Positions 15,301 through 30,076 are shown, numbered from the stretch's first letter. The stretch is DNA of 64,000 nt from Chrysomallon squamiferum (GCA_012295275.1 CM022665.1:11656001-11720000); one strand, 5' to 3'. Notes: generated by a model not told the origin, from the letters alone. Program-made: numbers and translations.

Positions 15301-17258
15301 CATGTCATAAATCACTAAATGATTGGATACTCAGTCTGATATATACATTTCTACCTGCCATTTTATGACCAGTGTTTAAACGATGTCTTCCCATCTGGTT
15401 GAATTTCCAGTTTGCCTAATTCCCAGTTTGTCAAAATAACTCATCTAGCTAAATACCTGAATACCTCTGTATGTAATGAACTTGGCTTCTTCATGTTCAT
15501 ACAAGTTTTAATTATAGACAGACACTAGTTTATATATAAATCTGGTTTCTGTATTCTTCTTCTGCTGCCATAAAGTTGGCAATTGATTGTAACATTTAGG
15601 GCAGAGTGCATTTTTTTGTAAATCGATTATATAAACATCAACCAAAAGCAGAACAAGCATTCATTACTCATTTGTTTTAGATTATTTACTTTTCCAATCA
15701 CAGCCAAGATGTTGCCATTTGTGAGATCGAGCTTATTCTTCTTATTATTGTTATCATCATCATAATCATCATTATCATCATCATCATCATCATTATTATT
15801 ATTATTATTTAATCTGGTCATTTCTAATTCATCAACATTTCCTTTCCATTAAAAAACAACAACAAAAAACCCCCCAAAAACACCTTTTTTTTTAGATGAA
15901 TACCTTCTTTTTTAATTATTTACATTCAACTACAATCAGTACATGAACTATTTCAATATTTTCATATTTGTATAGTTAATGCGATAAGCAATATCTATAT
16001 TTCCTATCATTAAGCTGGAGACTAATTTACATAGAATTAAAATAAAAAAAAGCGGTTACATTCTTCATGATTGAAATTTGACATAAAAAGAAATGTTAAA
16101 TAAGGAGAAATAAAATGGCAATTTAGACAAAAATGTTTTAATAGATCACAGATAATAAACAAACAGTAAATCGTCTACAAATCAGTTTATACAAATATAT
16201 TAAGAAATAATTATATGCCACTGATTGTTAGTTCATTTTTGTGGGTTTTGTGTTCATTTAAGATATTGTGTTCCATTTCTTTTTATCATCAGCATTCGCT
16301 GGTGTACTTTTATTCGTTTTGACATATTGAAAAGGTAAATTACAAAAGGGTTAAGTCTAAATGGAAACAAAAGAGACAACAGAATCTGAACATCACATGT
16401 ACGTATGATGTCTGGATGTCAACTGATCAACATAGCTTAGAGAAGCTTGTGAATGAATGTAAAGTGAAAGAAAACAGACTTAACACATGCATTGTACTCA
16501 TTTTATATCAATTATTTCGAGCAATTAACTATTAAATTTCTATTTATATAATTAGTAAAGAAAAAGATTGTTAAAGCGGATATTGTTAAGTGAGGTGTTA
16601 CTGTATCTGTACAATAATAATCAGTTTCCAGATAATCCGGAACAGTTCACTATAATGACTGAGGTAAAAACAAGCATGTAAATAACACCAGTGAACCATT
16701 TTTTTACCTTTTGATAAACTGGGAATTCTACCAAATGGGAGTAACACATTTAAACACTGTCAATACAGAATAAATTGAAATAAATCTAACAGTTCACTGA
16801 GCTTTAAGTGTTTATTTAAAATAACATAAAAGTTTTGTACAGTGTTGTACATTATATGTATGAAAGCATAGAATATCAAAGATATCCAGCATGATACATG
16901 CTAAAATAATTAAAATTATGTATTTAAAAAAATACAATAACACAAAAAAAACACAAGTTACAAAATGTTCTTCAGATCATAACAGTATTTAACAAATAAG
17001 CTGGGTTTTTCGGTGTGTTTTTGTTTTTTGCATTTAGATAATCTTTTATATATTAAAATTTTCTTCTAAGTATTCATACTTAACTGAAACCCTTTAAAAC
17101 TGGATAACAGTTTCTTCTTTATTTCAAACATATTCATGAAATTATAGATCATATTATATTAATGCACACACTCACACACACACACACACATACACACACC
17201 TTTTCTCTGTGTCTATCTTTCTTTTATTGTCTGTTTTTCAAGTATTATATTTACAGAT

Positions 17259-19044
17259 CTATAAGGAAGAGGTCATAAAATACAGATCATTATCAACCAT
17301 GTAATCAGCTGCAGACCCATCTTTACTCATTTCATGTTCGTTCCAGTCCTTATTCACTTTGCTTGCTGGGATGTCTTCAGATGTGGTATTATTCTGAATG
17401 TTACTGTCTAGCTTCTGATCCATAACATCAGTGTTTCTGATAATATGTGTTTGTTCATCATCTCTTTGTCCTTTTATATCCTCATCTAGCATGGAATAGA
17501 TATCATTATCTATCATTTGATCCTTGTTTAATCCAACAGTGTCATTATTCTGACTGTTGATCATTTTTTGTTCTTTAAGGATAGTTGAAGATTTTTTATT
17601 TTCTGATTGTGTGTTTCTTTCAGTGCTTGGTGTGTCAGATCTGGTAAGTGGTTTCAGATCATCAACTTCATCATACAGATGTTCACATTCAGTTTCTACA
17701 TTACTGTCATCAGCCAGTTTCAGTATTGTGTCTTCACTGAGAGATCTCTTTGGTACTTCAGGTTTATTTCTTGTTTCTCCAGGAAGATTCATCATAACAG
17801 ATTTTGTCTGTTTCAGTCTGGGTTTAGGACTTTTCTTTTCATCTGCTTTGGAGTCATGTTGCAGACTGAGATTTTCTTTAGTTGAATTGGGATTTCTTAG
17901 GAAAATTATTTTGACAGATTCCTTTCTGGACAGTTGTGGAGTTATTTTTTCTTCACCTTTACTGTTTAAAGATTTGTATTCCATGTTTTCAGATTTGTCA
18001 CCAGTTTCATTTCCACATTCTGTTTCATCTTCATATCCACAGGATGAGATTGTGTCATAATCTGGTTCATTATTTTGTGGCTGGCTTGCTATATCATTCT
18101 CTTTGCTGAAATTAGTTTTATTTGATTCAGTTACCATCATCTCTGTTTCATTCTTGGTTAAATTTTCTTTAGATTTGTTTATGTTTGAGAATTTGTTAGA
18201 TTCTGATGAATTTTGAATGGTGGCTTTATCTGGATCTGATTCATTACTGCTTGCATTTTGAGAACAGTTTACATAGAGCTCTTGATCATCTTCTAGTGAC
18301 TGTATCTCTTTGAGTTGAGTTGTTTCTGTGTCTCTTTTGTCAGTGTTGTAGTTTTGATAATAGTCTTCACTGTCAGGGTTCAGTTCTTTTTCAAGATTCC
18401 TGGGAACATCAGCATCTTTTAGTTTATTTATACTCAAGTCTTTCTTCTTCAAATTAATATTTTCATTTTCAGAATCATCACTTAATGATTTCTCTCTTGT
18501 TTCTTTGTCATCACAAACTTCTTCAGCAGTTTTCTGTTTACTTATTTTCACAGAATGTTTTGAATGCTGGACTGTGTTAGCATCTGAAACCAGCATTGAC
18601 AAACCCAGATTTTTATTACTAGTATCAGAATTTGTCAGTTTGGGGCTTTTGTCCTTTACATTCTGTTCTTTTTCATTTTCTATCTTAAATTCTGTTTTAT
18701 TTTTATCAGATGTGGATTTCACTGGACTTGAATTATCCAGATCTGTTATGTCCTTATTATGCAGATTGTCTGTTGTTGTATAGTGAGGTTTCTTCTCTAG
18801 TCCTTGCATCTCTAAATCAGTATATCCCTCTGTATCTCCCTCTGTATCTATCTTCTCTGTGGGTTTAATGTCAGCAGTACAGGTTTTGCTGTCTGCTGGT
18901 GAATTAAAGGTTTTGGAGAGAACCTGGTCTTCTTTGTTTATTTCCTCATACTGAACCACAGTATCATCTAGAGTGGAAATCATGTCATTGTTTTTCAAAG
19001 CTGTTGGGTCATCTTTGGTGGATGTATGTTTTTTCTTAGAACAA

Positions 19045-19080
<36 letters not shown>

Positions 19081-22000
19081 CATTCTTTGAAAGTTTGTTA
19101 TTTTTTAAAATCTTTTTCAGAAGCATCATCTTGTATATAATTAATTCATCATTATTACTTTTTTTTTTTTTTTTTTTTTTTCTCAAACTACTGGTATAAA
19201 TAGTGGTTGTTTCTTTCAAGTTTTTGATAAAATGTCTTCTATTTTTCTGTCAATATATCCCAAAATAAGGGTAACAATATCATGATCTATTAGCACTTTC
19301 ATAACTTTCTTTTTGTTGTTAAACTTAAAATACAATGGTACCTGTCTTTAGTGGCCCCCGAGATGAGTGGACACCTACTGAATGCAGATATGAAATGAAC
19401 AGTCATACTGATTTGGATTTGTTTTCTCCAGAATTAATAATTATATTGTTGTATGGCAGCTTTATTTTTAAAGACGGCATCATCCATTTCCTGCACTTGT
19501 AGTGCATGTGGGGAATGTTGTTTTTGTTGAAACACAAAAGTGTGAAAACTTGTCAAACACTTGCCCACCAAAACATTTGGTACATAATTTTGATAACTCA
19601 ATAATTCGACATCATTCCATTCATATTTATATCTTATAAATACTTTGTCTTGGTGGATTTCTGAGATTGAAAAGACTGTGACACAAATTGGATCTATTTG
19701 AGTTTCAGATGCAATATTTAGTAGAGTTTTATGAGTTGCAAAGTATGTTTTATTTACATCCATGAATGAACTGGATATGTTTCACAACAGTGTTTTGGTA
19801 GAATGTCATGATGCTTGCTATGGCATTGCCCAGTCATGATGATTTATATTTGTTGTGGGGGTACTGGTGTGATGTATGTGAATAAAGATTGTATATATGT
19901 TAAAAATAAATTCTGTAATTTTTGTCCCTCTGGTAAGGGAACACCTGCAATGTAGGGACACCTGTGCTTAGCCCTACAGGTGTCCCTACAAGACATTTAC
20001 CACTGTATTACAAAATAAATGTATCACTAGGATTGATATAGTCATCACCAGATCTTCAGAAATCTTGTTAGACTTAATACTAAACTGCTAAATGACACCA
20101 TGAATATTTTGTGGGGTATTTTGTTAAAATAGTGAAGGCAACACATTAATTGTTTTAAGATAATATATTGTAACAAGGACTGATAACATTAAAAATAATA
20201 ATTAATTATTTAAAATACCTGGCTGTTATAATACACAAAAGAACTGCAATAAGTAGAAAGACAGCACCAATACAAATTAGAAGTAATCCAATTAATATTG
20301 CTGAAATAAAATGAGAAAAACAATGAAATTTTCTAAATATATATCAGTTCAATGTATGATTGATTTGATTTCAATACATTTAATATTAATTACTATTAGA
20401 TGTCAGATATTCATTGTTGTTAGTGTGAATATATATGTTTCATATATAGGTATGTTTATATGTGTTATTTGTGTAAGAATATGAATATTATATGTAATGT
20501 GATGTGTATGTATTATATATGTAATGTGTATATGTAAGTATGTAAGTGTGTGTGCATGTAATACAAAAGAACATCTAGCATTCTTTTATCTGATGAATAA
20601 ACTTACCATTTGGGAAATTTTCATCTTCATTTTGTTTATTATTTACTGTGTTTGTCATGATAGCGGAGTTGTTGGAGATACCTGTTGTAACTGACTCATG
20701 AGATTCAGATGATTTATTATTTCTTTCTGCTGCAGCAACTGTGAAATACTCTGGTCGAGATGTTGAGTTAGTGCAGGTTGTGTTTATAATTCCTTTACCT
20801 GAAATTATACATGTATTGTAGATATATAGATATATAGATAAATAGATAAAATAACAAATCATACATGTTTGCGTGCATACTTGCTTATGCAGTCTTCATA
20901 TTTTGGAAAGTGGGGTTGAAATGTAAATAATTTTAAGTTTTGAATGGAGCCTTTTACAAACAAAAATTATATTTCTTATTACTGATGACAGTTTTCATAT
21001 TGCTTTGTTTACTATTTTCCTTCTGAGATATTTAACCAAAACATAAAATAATTAACAAATAAGAGAGAGAGAGAGACAGAGAGATCAAAACAAAATAAAC
21101 TTAGTAACTTGTATCTTAGGAACAGCTGGTATGAAATTAAAATTATCAAAAAAACTATCTGATCATAGATGATTTATATCCTTTATATTTTGTCTTACCC
21201 TGCAGTGTAAGATAAATATTCATGTAAGATGATATATTCTCGTAAATTCCAAATTCGATCATAGTGGTGAGGTTAATCCAGCAGCTTTCTGGTGATGTCA
21301 CATTTGGTGAGTTTATCACAAGACAGTCTGGTCCAAGTGGATCATTGTAAACCTCCATCAGATCAATCATCTTATGGCTTTGAGTTGCATTTTCTTCATT
21401 TGAATTTGTTCCGTTTATAAAGATATGGGTTTCAGTATCCCTGTCAGATTGGGAATTAGACATCATGATTCGTTTTATTGACAGTGTAAATGACTGACTG
21501 GAGTGGACTGAGCAGTAACAGAAGTTTGGTCCAGTGTTGTTGTGGTATAGATATACTTGAGCAGAGGAGTCTTTACCATTACAGATTTGTATGCTGGCTG
21601 GTTCACCTGAAAGTGTTCATATTGTTCTTATTTTGGACTAGATATAGAAACTAATTCAGTTAAGAATTTTACATTGATATATATATATATATATATATGG
21701 TCACACACAAATAAAAGTGTATGTACATCTGTGTGTGTGTGTGTGTGTTATATAGAAAGAGATATTTACAAACATACACATATTTATATAAACATATACA
21801 TAATCCTACATACATCTGTGTACCTCTCTAAAAAGTAATAACTTTATTCTGTGAGACTTGTGTGATTTTAAAGCTTATTTAAATAACTAAAACTCAAAAA
21901 ATGTCACCGTATGTCCTTTTTATGATAGTGGATCACATACATATGCATACATACATACACCAATACACAGTAATAAAATATATAAAAAAAGAAGAAGAAG

Positions 22001-22097
22001 AAATGAATAAATGATATTTACATTTATATGTGTTTATGTAAGAGGAAAAAATGCTTAGAGTAAGTGTATGTATGTGAGAGAAAGAGAAAGGGGATAT

Positions 22098-22161
<64 letters not shown>

Positions 22162-22190
22162 ATATGACAGAGAGAAGAGAAAGGGGATAT

Positions 22191-22243
<53 letters not shown>

Positions 22244-22657
22244 AGGGGAGAGAGAGAGAGAAAGGGAGAGAGAGAGAGAAAGAGGGATATGAGAGAGAGA
22301 GAGAGAGATAAAGAGAAGGGATATGACAGAGAGAGAAAGAGAAAGGGGATATGAGAGAGAGAGGGGATATGACAGAGAGAGAGAACGAACACTGTAGAGT
22401 ACTGGGTGCAGCCAACTGAAAATGAGCTAGTGTATAACTATGCCATTATTAGTGAATAAATATTTCTGGATCAAAAAACAGTTATCTCTGTATTTAATTT
22501 AATACTTCACAGTAAAAATAAATCTGAAGTAAATCTTTTATCTGATTGAGGAAATGGATTATACTTTAATTATGGCTGTCTTAATACTAAAATACATTGC
22601 ATGTTTCTGTCGGATTTAATTTTTTAACACAAAAGTATAGAAGCAGTTGGACATTAC

Positions 22658-22688
<31 letters not shown>

Positions 22689-23628
22689 CTTGTTATTACT
22701 GTTATTATTTATACACACCTTTAATTACTGACAATGAGAAAAGGTTGCTGAAATATTCATATATCTAGCAACATTAGTATGTATTTATATAATTTATTTT
22801 TGTATACATTTTTAATAGTAATTTAAAAAATGTATAATCTGATATAACTTACACACTGATTTAAAAAGTATATATATATAAAAAATACATTCTGTTATAT
22901 AATACAGAAAAATCTTCTAATAAAACATTACTTAATAAACTTTAGTACACATTTAAACATCATGAAACTATCCTATAATTATTTTTTTGGTAAAGATTAA
23001 TTTAAAATGTTATTAGTTTGTGAGTGTGTAAAATTCTCAATTTTATATGATAGAAGAGTTAATGCTAAATAATAATAATCATAGTAGTAATAGTAATAAT
23101 TAAAAAAAAACACAATGGGGGGGGAAAAGTTAAAAAAAAGAAAAAGGTCCATTTAATGATAATTTTAAGATTTCTTTCAGTACAGGCCTGTCATTGTTAT
23201 CCAGTATAAATATTGTATCTGACAGCATGTTTGTTTTTATGGATAAGCCTCTATATATTATTGGATCAAATGCCTTATTGGATATAATGAATCATAGGAT
23301 TGATCCTTTTCAAGGTACATTAGGGTCTATTTCCTATTCCAGTAACATGTTTATCAAAAAACATAAGTGAATATGTCCATGAAAAGGTGCTTATAAATGG
23401 TATCTTTCTGCCACTCAGTAAGAATAACCCATGGATAAGTAACACTGGATTTCTTTTCTCTTATGTCATTATTTAACCAAAATTCAAAGTTCAGTATCTT
23501 AATAATGTATTAAAATGTTGTGAAGTAACACTTAACAAGCATTCATTAATTCAACTACTATACTTACCAAATGCAGAACAAATATGGAGAAAAATAAATC
23601 CAGAAAAACAAAACAGTTTAAAATTCAT
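17259..23628 (-). CDS. Receptor A: signal peptide + CUB-like domain + S/T stalk + TM + ~595-aa acidic Tyr-motif tail (no lectin exon). Exons 23628-23568, 21606-21199, 20798-20607, 20300-20219, ~19050-17259
   Basis: Signal exon MNFKLFCFSGFIFLHICSAF|G with a GTAAG donor. Phase-1/1 exons of 408 and 192 nt. TM exon AILIGLLLICIGAVFLLIAVLLCIITAR. The 579-aa ORF ends DYMVDNDLYFMTSSL. The last acceptor lies in a poly-T/poly-A junction (~19046-19080), and I see no AG in the required phase there. Confidence 0.8.
19333..20005. mobile_element. Tc1/mariner-pogo-type non-autonomous DNA element in the last intron of receptor A
   Basis: Imperfect TIRs TA|CAATGGTACCTGTCTT ... AGACATTTACCACTG|TA, with internal GGACACCT subrepeats. 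The internal minus ORF contains HSPHALQVQEMDDAVFKNK, weakly like the pogo DDE_1 motif HLLQPLD..VF..LK. Confidence 0.55.
22075..22385. repeat. Compound (GA)n microsatellite with recurring GGGGATATGACA spacers
   Basis: Seen directly; it generates spurious ER/SL ORFs. Confidence 0.95.
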
Positions 23629-24181
23629 GTTTAATATCTTCTTGAGATGTTCCATTATCATATCATCATCTCATTCTTCATCCAAGTGACATCATCCCTG
23701 TGGTTGTTGTGACACACCCATCCAGAGATATAAGCCTGAATGTAAAGTAGAGATTGTATAAAAATACAACCAGGATGTTCTGTTCATTGCATTCCGGAAG
23801 AATGTTTCGTGACTGTTAAGATAACAATTACAGTGTATGTAATATTTACACAGAGATTACTTTGGGTCACAGTTACAGTACAATGGTGCTTGAAAACTTA
23901 GGTTCGTAAATATCTTGTTACAGCAAGAAATAAATGTGTGTACATGTATGTGCAAGTACTGTGCATAGTCACTCTCAAATAAATATATTTTTTTACATAT
24001 ATAAATATACAAACTTAATACTATACATGTTGCATACTTACACATACCATGCACTCTTATACTTTCAGATATATTATTCTTTCTATCCTTGTACACACTG
24101 AACATGCAGACACAAACACAGACATACCTTTCATGTAGATCTACACAGATATATCCTCTTGATTCATATATACTTGCAAGC

Positions 24182-24246
<65 letters not shown>

Positions 24247-24449
24247 TACATAGATATATATAAACACTCATACCAAACCCAAATACACACACACACACAT
24301 GCTGTTTCTGACTGAATCCTTTTTTAACTATTTGCATATTGAACATTGCTTTTAAACACATTAAACACGGATCATTGTGATGGAATAAAGTTAAAACTGA
24401 CTCATAAAATGTTACCAGTAATAACAATAACATTAACAATGACACTAAC

Positions 24450-24480
<31 letters not shown>

Positions 24481-24851
24481 TCTCAACAACTACCAACTAA
24501 TTAATTAATGAAAGAAAGAAATCACGAAAGAAAAAACAAAACTGTCTTTGATCCAACCCTTTATAATCTATTAAAAGTAATAATAAAATAAAAATAAAAA
24601 GCCCCAAATTAAGAAATTAAAAAAAATAAAAAATAAAAATAATAATTAAAAAACAAACCTGTGACCAAAACCTGAAAAGACTATCTTATCAAAGGGAAAA
24701 GACTATCTTATCAAATTTCAGATATCTTTTAATCCATTTGTATTTCTCTTTTTACCTTTTTTTTTTTTAATGTCATCTCATTTTTTTTGTTTCTTGGGAG
24801 ATAATTTGAAGGGTCACGACCAAGAAAAAGTATATTTTGATCAATTGTTGC

Positions 24852-24885
<34 letters not shown>

Positions 24886-25084
24886 CAATTATATTGACAT
24901 TTCTATGATTATTTACTTGACGAGAGAGAGAGAGAGAGATTTTTTTAAATTCTAATTTTTAAATAATTATTTTTATTAATTTTTTTCTTCTGTTTTTTAA
25001 TTGCAACAAAGGCCTTGTATAACTTTACATGAAAACAGTGACAGTGATTCTTCTCATTTTTATTTTTCTGTTGTATTTGTACAG

Positions 25085-26482
25085 CTACTACAATCTGGAC
25101 AGTACAGATTTTGATGTGGTGAACAAATTCCTGTCTACTTTAGTGGAGAAATCTCTGATAGAATTGGAAACCTCGCAATGTATTCAAGTTGGAGAAGTAA
25201 GTTTTTATCTACTTACATTATTAAGTTTGATTAAACATTGATTATTTACACACACACACACACACACATAGAGATGAATACACACTTAGCCACAGACATC
25301 AGGATTAGGAAAAACGTATGACTAAAGCATTTACATTTGTGCTGCTTTTTTGAAATTTATAAAATAATAATAATGATAATAATAAAAATCAAACATAAAA
25401 AAGAAATAAAAAAATGCATGTATTTAAAAAAAAAAAAAATTAAAACTTACCTGCATGAATAATTCCACCTTGAATATTATTTTGTAAAGTGTAAATATTT
25501 TGAAATGTTTCTAGGACAACAGGAGTGTGTCACCTCAGACTCTGGGTAGGATATCTTCCTACTACTACCTCAATCACATGACCATGCGGATGTTCTGTGA
25601 GGATCTCAAACCTGACTCCAACATTGAAGATCTCATCAAAATTCTCTCTGTATGTGGTTTCCTTTAAAAATAAAACACACACACACACACACACACACAC
25701 TCACTCACACTCTTGCTCTTTTTCACACTTGCTCTATCTCTCTCTTTCTCTCACTTTCCCTCTCTTTCTCTCTCTCTCTTCCCTCATCACATTGTAATAT
25801 AAGCTTGTAACTTTTGCACTGTTTCAAATTATATCATTCAGAATATTGATACATTTCAGAATGCTCATGAGTATGATGAACTTCCAGTGAGACATAATGA
25901 GGACCATATCAACAGGTGAATCACTTAGCTTTTTATCCATTGTTACACTGTTTTGTTCTCTCTTTTTTTAAATAATCACTTTTATTAAAATGAATATTTT
26001 TTATAATATTATGCTTACTCTATTTCAACACACTAATATTTATTTGAAAATTTATTGTTTTACAGTGAACTTGCTCAGAAGCTGTCACTAAACCTGTTTG
26101 CATACGATTCATCACATACAAAGACCCAGATTCTGTTACATGCACATTTCAGTCAGACACAGCTTCCTTCCACCGACTACTACACTGACACCAAGTCTGT
26201 ACTTGACCAGGCAATACGAATAATTCAGGTATTGAAATAAAAATTTAGGTTTTTCTTACAGAGCACAGGTTTGGCAACCTACAGAATGTGCTGGTAGTTT
26301 GTGATCTTAAAAAACCCATCCATTTTAAGTAATATTTTGTTCCCTTCACCAATACAATTTTATGTTTAAATAATGATAGTAATTGTACTAATAGTAGTAG
26401 AGTATAGTTGTTGTTGTAACAGTAGTGGTAGTAGTAGTAGTAGTAGTAGTAGTAGCAGTAGCAGTAGTAATAGTAATAGTGA

Positions 26483-26528
<46 letters not shown>

Positions 26529-29500
26529 CATAGTAGTAGTAGTAAGTTTGACATACATTGATCATAGGTAAGAAAGGGCCTTCATTTCTGAACTGTTTCC
26601 ACACTAAATAAGTCTCCAACATACCATATTGAATTTTGAGGAGTAGATATTCTAGTTCAGGTAGACATATGTTTACACTTTGACCATTTATGTTGTCTAA
26701 TATCAAATTACTGATCTGAAATACTCAATCATTTCATTGTTTGACCAAATGTACTAATCACTTTACATCTGAAAAATTTCTGAAATTATGTTTATTTTAT
26801 CCAGGCAATGCTGGATGTGTCCGCAGACCAGGGCTGGCTGGTGACAACACTCAGAGTCATCATGCTCATACAGATGGTTGTTCAGGCTAGATGGATTCAT
26901 GATTCCTCACTGCTGATTCTGCCTCACATCATGCCTTACCATCTACACTGCTTCAGGTAAATTGTAGTTTCATGGTATAGAGGTATATATGATTTTTACA
27001 TTTTTCCCACATTCTTCATCCTGCCCCCTGATAAAACATATCATTTCAACTTCAGTGGTCTTAACACTACATGGTTCAGCATTATTGTTCATTCCTGATT
27101 CTGATATGGCTTCTCATTTCTCACAATCCATACCATCTCTATGGCTTTAAGTATATTATATTTCTCTCTGTATACATATTTATATTATTCCTTGTTACTG
27201 ACTCCATCATGATTCTTCATTCCTCATCCTATCTCATGTTAAACTGTATCATCTTCATTTCTCAGTGGCTGCATTTGTCATCACTGCTGATTATACTTCA
27301 TGTGCCTTTCTATCATTTCTGTTGCCTTATTATACTCTCTTCTCTACCAATTGTTAATGATTGGTTTTTCTACCTGTGATTATGTATGATGTTGCCAAAA
27401 ATTAAATATTTTCTAATGTTATTATGAGATCAATGGCTACAGGTTCCTTGCTGTTGATCCTTATGTGATTCCTTGCTTTAATATTGATTCTTACACAGTT
27501 ACTTATTTTTTATTCTTATATGATCCATCAAGTTAGTTTTTACATGATTTCGTGCTATTTATTCATGTGATTCCTAACCAGTGATTCTAACATAATTCCT
27601 TAATATTGATTTTTATATCATCATTGTTCTTTCATGATTCCTTTGATGATTCCTCATTGATTCTATTTCATTTTTAGAACTATCATTTCCATTAATGAAT
27701 TAAATTATTGTGACAAATATGATTTCTAAGTGTTATTTTTGCCATTTCCACACTGTGTTTAAGAACTTTATCAAATAAATTCACAATGCTGCTATTACAG
27801 TAACAATGCAAATATGATTTTGAATGTACTTAGACATTTCATTAATAATTGTAATGTAAATCTACTTCAGGCCACAGAGTAGAGGTGGTGCCAGAAAAAA
27901 AGGAACTCCAGATTTGCCTGTTCCCATAGAAACTCTGCCACAGCTTGTGGCAACGTGTGATGGCAATTTTAGACTTCTGTCAGCCATGTTAGATGGTGAA
28001 ATGAGTCCAGCACATATTGACCAGGTCAGTTTGGATTGGAGAAGATGAAAGTACACTGAGTTTTTCACTAACATATTTATTATAACTTGTGTCAGAGTAA
28101 ACTGTTGTTTCTTATAGATGAATGATAATTTCAGTCCATAAACTAAAGCATTTATTTAAATGTGTGGCATAAAAAATTACATATGCTTGAAAATAAAATA
28201 AAATAAAAATCATAATATCTAAAATCTATGAGCCTTCATAAAAACCCACAAAGCTTACATCAACAGCAGCAACCAAACATTTCCATTAATATGTAAAAAA
28301 TACATATTTATACAGTAAATATTAACAAATGATTGTTTATAAATGAACATTTCTAATAGAATGAGAGACAAAGAGAGAGAAACAGAAAAGTGGCAGAGAT
28401 GTGGTAGAAATGCTTACAATTCATTTTAAAACACCCATGCACACACAACATAGTAATTTTACAGTAACAACAAGACTTAAATAAAAGAAAATAAACAAAA
28501 CCAGACTAGATATTTTCAGTGTCATTATAATTTCATTTTATTAATTGTGTATTTTGTCTTTGTAGTTGTACCAGACAGTATGTCGACTGCCTCAGATTGA
28601 AGTGACCATATCCATCAAAGGTTGGTGGACTGAAGAAGGTGGTCAGGAGGATGAAAAACCAGTGGCTATTAACTACAGAGGTGCTATTATTAATTATAAT
28701 ATATTCTTTTTACAGAGGTGCTATTATTAATTATAATATATTCTTTTTACATGATTTTTCATTAATTAGAATTTCCATGTATATGTTTCTGATAATTCAT
28801 AAGGATGTAGATATGTGGATATATATGTGTTAGTGTATATAACCTGTTTTTAAAACTATTTCATTACATTCAGATCTATATAGACTAAATACCAGAAGAG
28901 ATTTTAAAAGTGTATTTAGGTTTAATTATTTCTTAGTTCACTTTTACATTTTCCACACTTAAATTTAGTCATTCAGTTAACTGATCTAAACAGGTTTTAC
29001 TTTCCCTCTCTTGGTGTGCTGATTATCTACTTGTGTTGTTTTTGTTCACTGTACTGTAGTGTTGTAATTCTCACAGGTGGCCGCCGTCCAGACACTGACT
29101 GGATACCTGTAAATGCTGACCAGGAGTATGTGTTGAAAATAGTTCTAACCAGAATTAACAAAACTAAGGTGAGTATTTACAATAAAAGTGTCAGGACACA
29201 GAAAAATCTTCTCGTTTCTTTTTTGCAACATTTGCTGTCTTATAATTTACCATGATTTTCTAAAATACTGATGTTAATTTTTTTTTTATTATTGTCTTTC
29301 ATGTAAACTTATTATTATATAAATTATTTGGCATTTTGTTCAGGTTTGCTATGAATTTTATGTGGTAGTCATGCTAGCAGACTGTAAATCTAATAACATG
29401 AAGCAGACGACCTGTCATGATATGAGCTAAACTGATTTTCTGTTCAAAAAGAAATAACTGTAATGTAAAATGACTTGCAGACACTGTATATATACTTTAT

Positions 29501-30076
29501 AAAGGGTAAACATACATTATTTTATTTAGACCAAATACACATGATTTATAAATGGTAAATATATATAAATATGTACCTGGTGAATATAAGTAATTTATAC
29601 AGGTAAATGTATATATTTTATGTAGTGAAATTGTACACAATTTAAACATGGTGCTTGCATTAATGTTATACAGCTGTTAAATATAAACACTACATTTTGT
29701 TACATTAAATACATATAATTTAAATATGCATTATTATTTTCCTTTTCAACAGAAATATGACAGCAAAGCCTACACACCTCGATTCCCTAAACCTAAGGAT
29801 GAGGGCTGGATAATTGTTGTTGGTGACATAGAAAACAAAGAGGTAATTGCTCTGAAACGTGTGGGATATGTTCGAGGTCGGACAACAGTTCAGATGGCAC
29901 TGTACACACCAGAAACTGTGGGGCGTGTGATATACACACTGTATTTCATGAGTGATGCATACCTCGGTTTAGATCAGCAGTATGATCTGTGTCTGGATGT
30001 GATTCCTGAAAGTATTGAGGCACAAGTGAATACAGAAGTGAAAGATCAACTGGAAAATCTTCAACTTCAAGACTGA
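25085..30076 (+). CDS. ASCC3: Activating signal cointegrator 1 complex subunit 3 (Ski2-like helicase), last 9 coding exons (C-terminal winged-helix/Sec63 region): 25085-25196, 25515-25649, 25860-25915, 26066-26228, 26805-26956, 27871-28024, 28566-28680, 29077-29168, 29753-30076
   Basis: The exons have AG/GT boundaries and join in frame to give SYYNLDSTDFDVVNKFLSTLVEKSLIELE...GRISSYYYL...EYDELPVRHNED...DYYTDTKSVLDQAIRIIQAMLDVSADQGWL...ADQEYVL...TPRFPKPKDEGW...YTLYFMSDAYLGLDQQYDL...AQVNTEV. This closely matches the vertebrate ASCC3 C-terminus as I recall it. The 5' part of the gene lies outside the window. Confidence 0.95.
26390..26545. repeat. (AGT)n microsatellite. Other simple repeats: (CT)n 3036-3102, (CA)n 24186-24243, (GA)n 43775-43840, (GT)n 44832-44868, (AAT)n 56826-56885, (GA)n 61398-61484
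   Basis: Seen directly. Confidence 0.95.

Noticed and set aside
17557-18783. + strand ORFs 17557-18060, 17607-17885 and 18505-18783
   Set aside because: They are antisense to the receptor A tail exon.
21933-22415. SL/ER-, CV/HT- and poly-Y/S-rich ORFs here and at 2307-2616, 23857-24496, 26245-26706, 36656-37067, 40969-41171 and 60629-61049
   Set aside because: They are translations of microsatellites.
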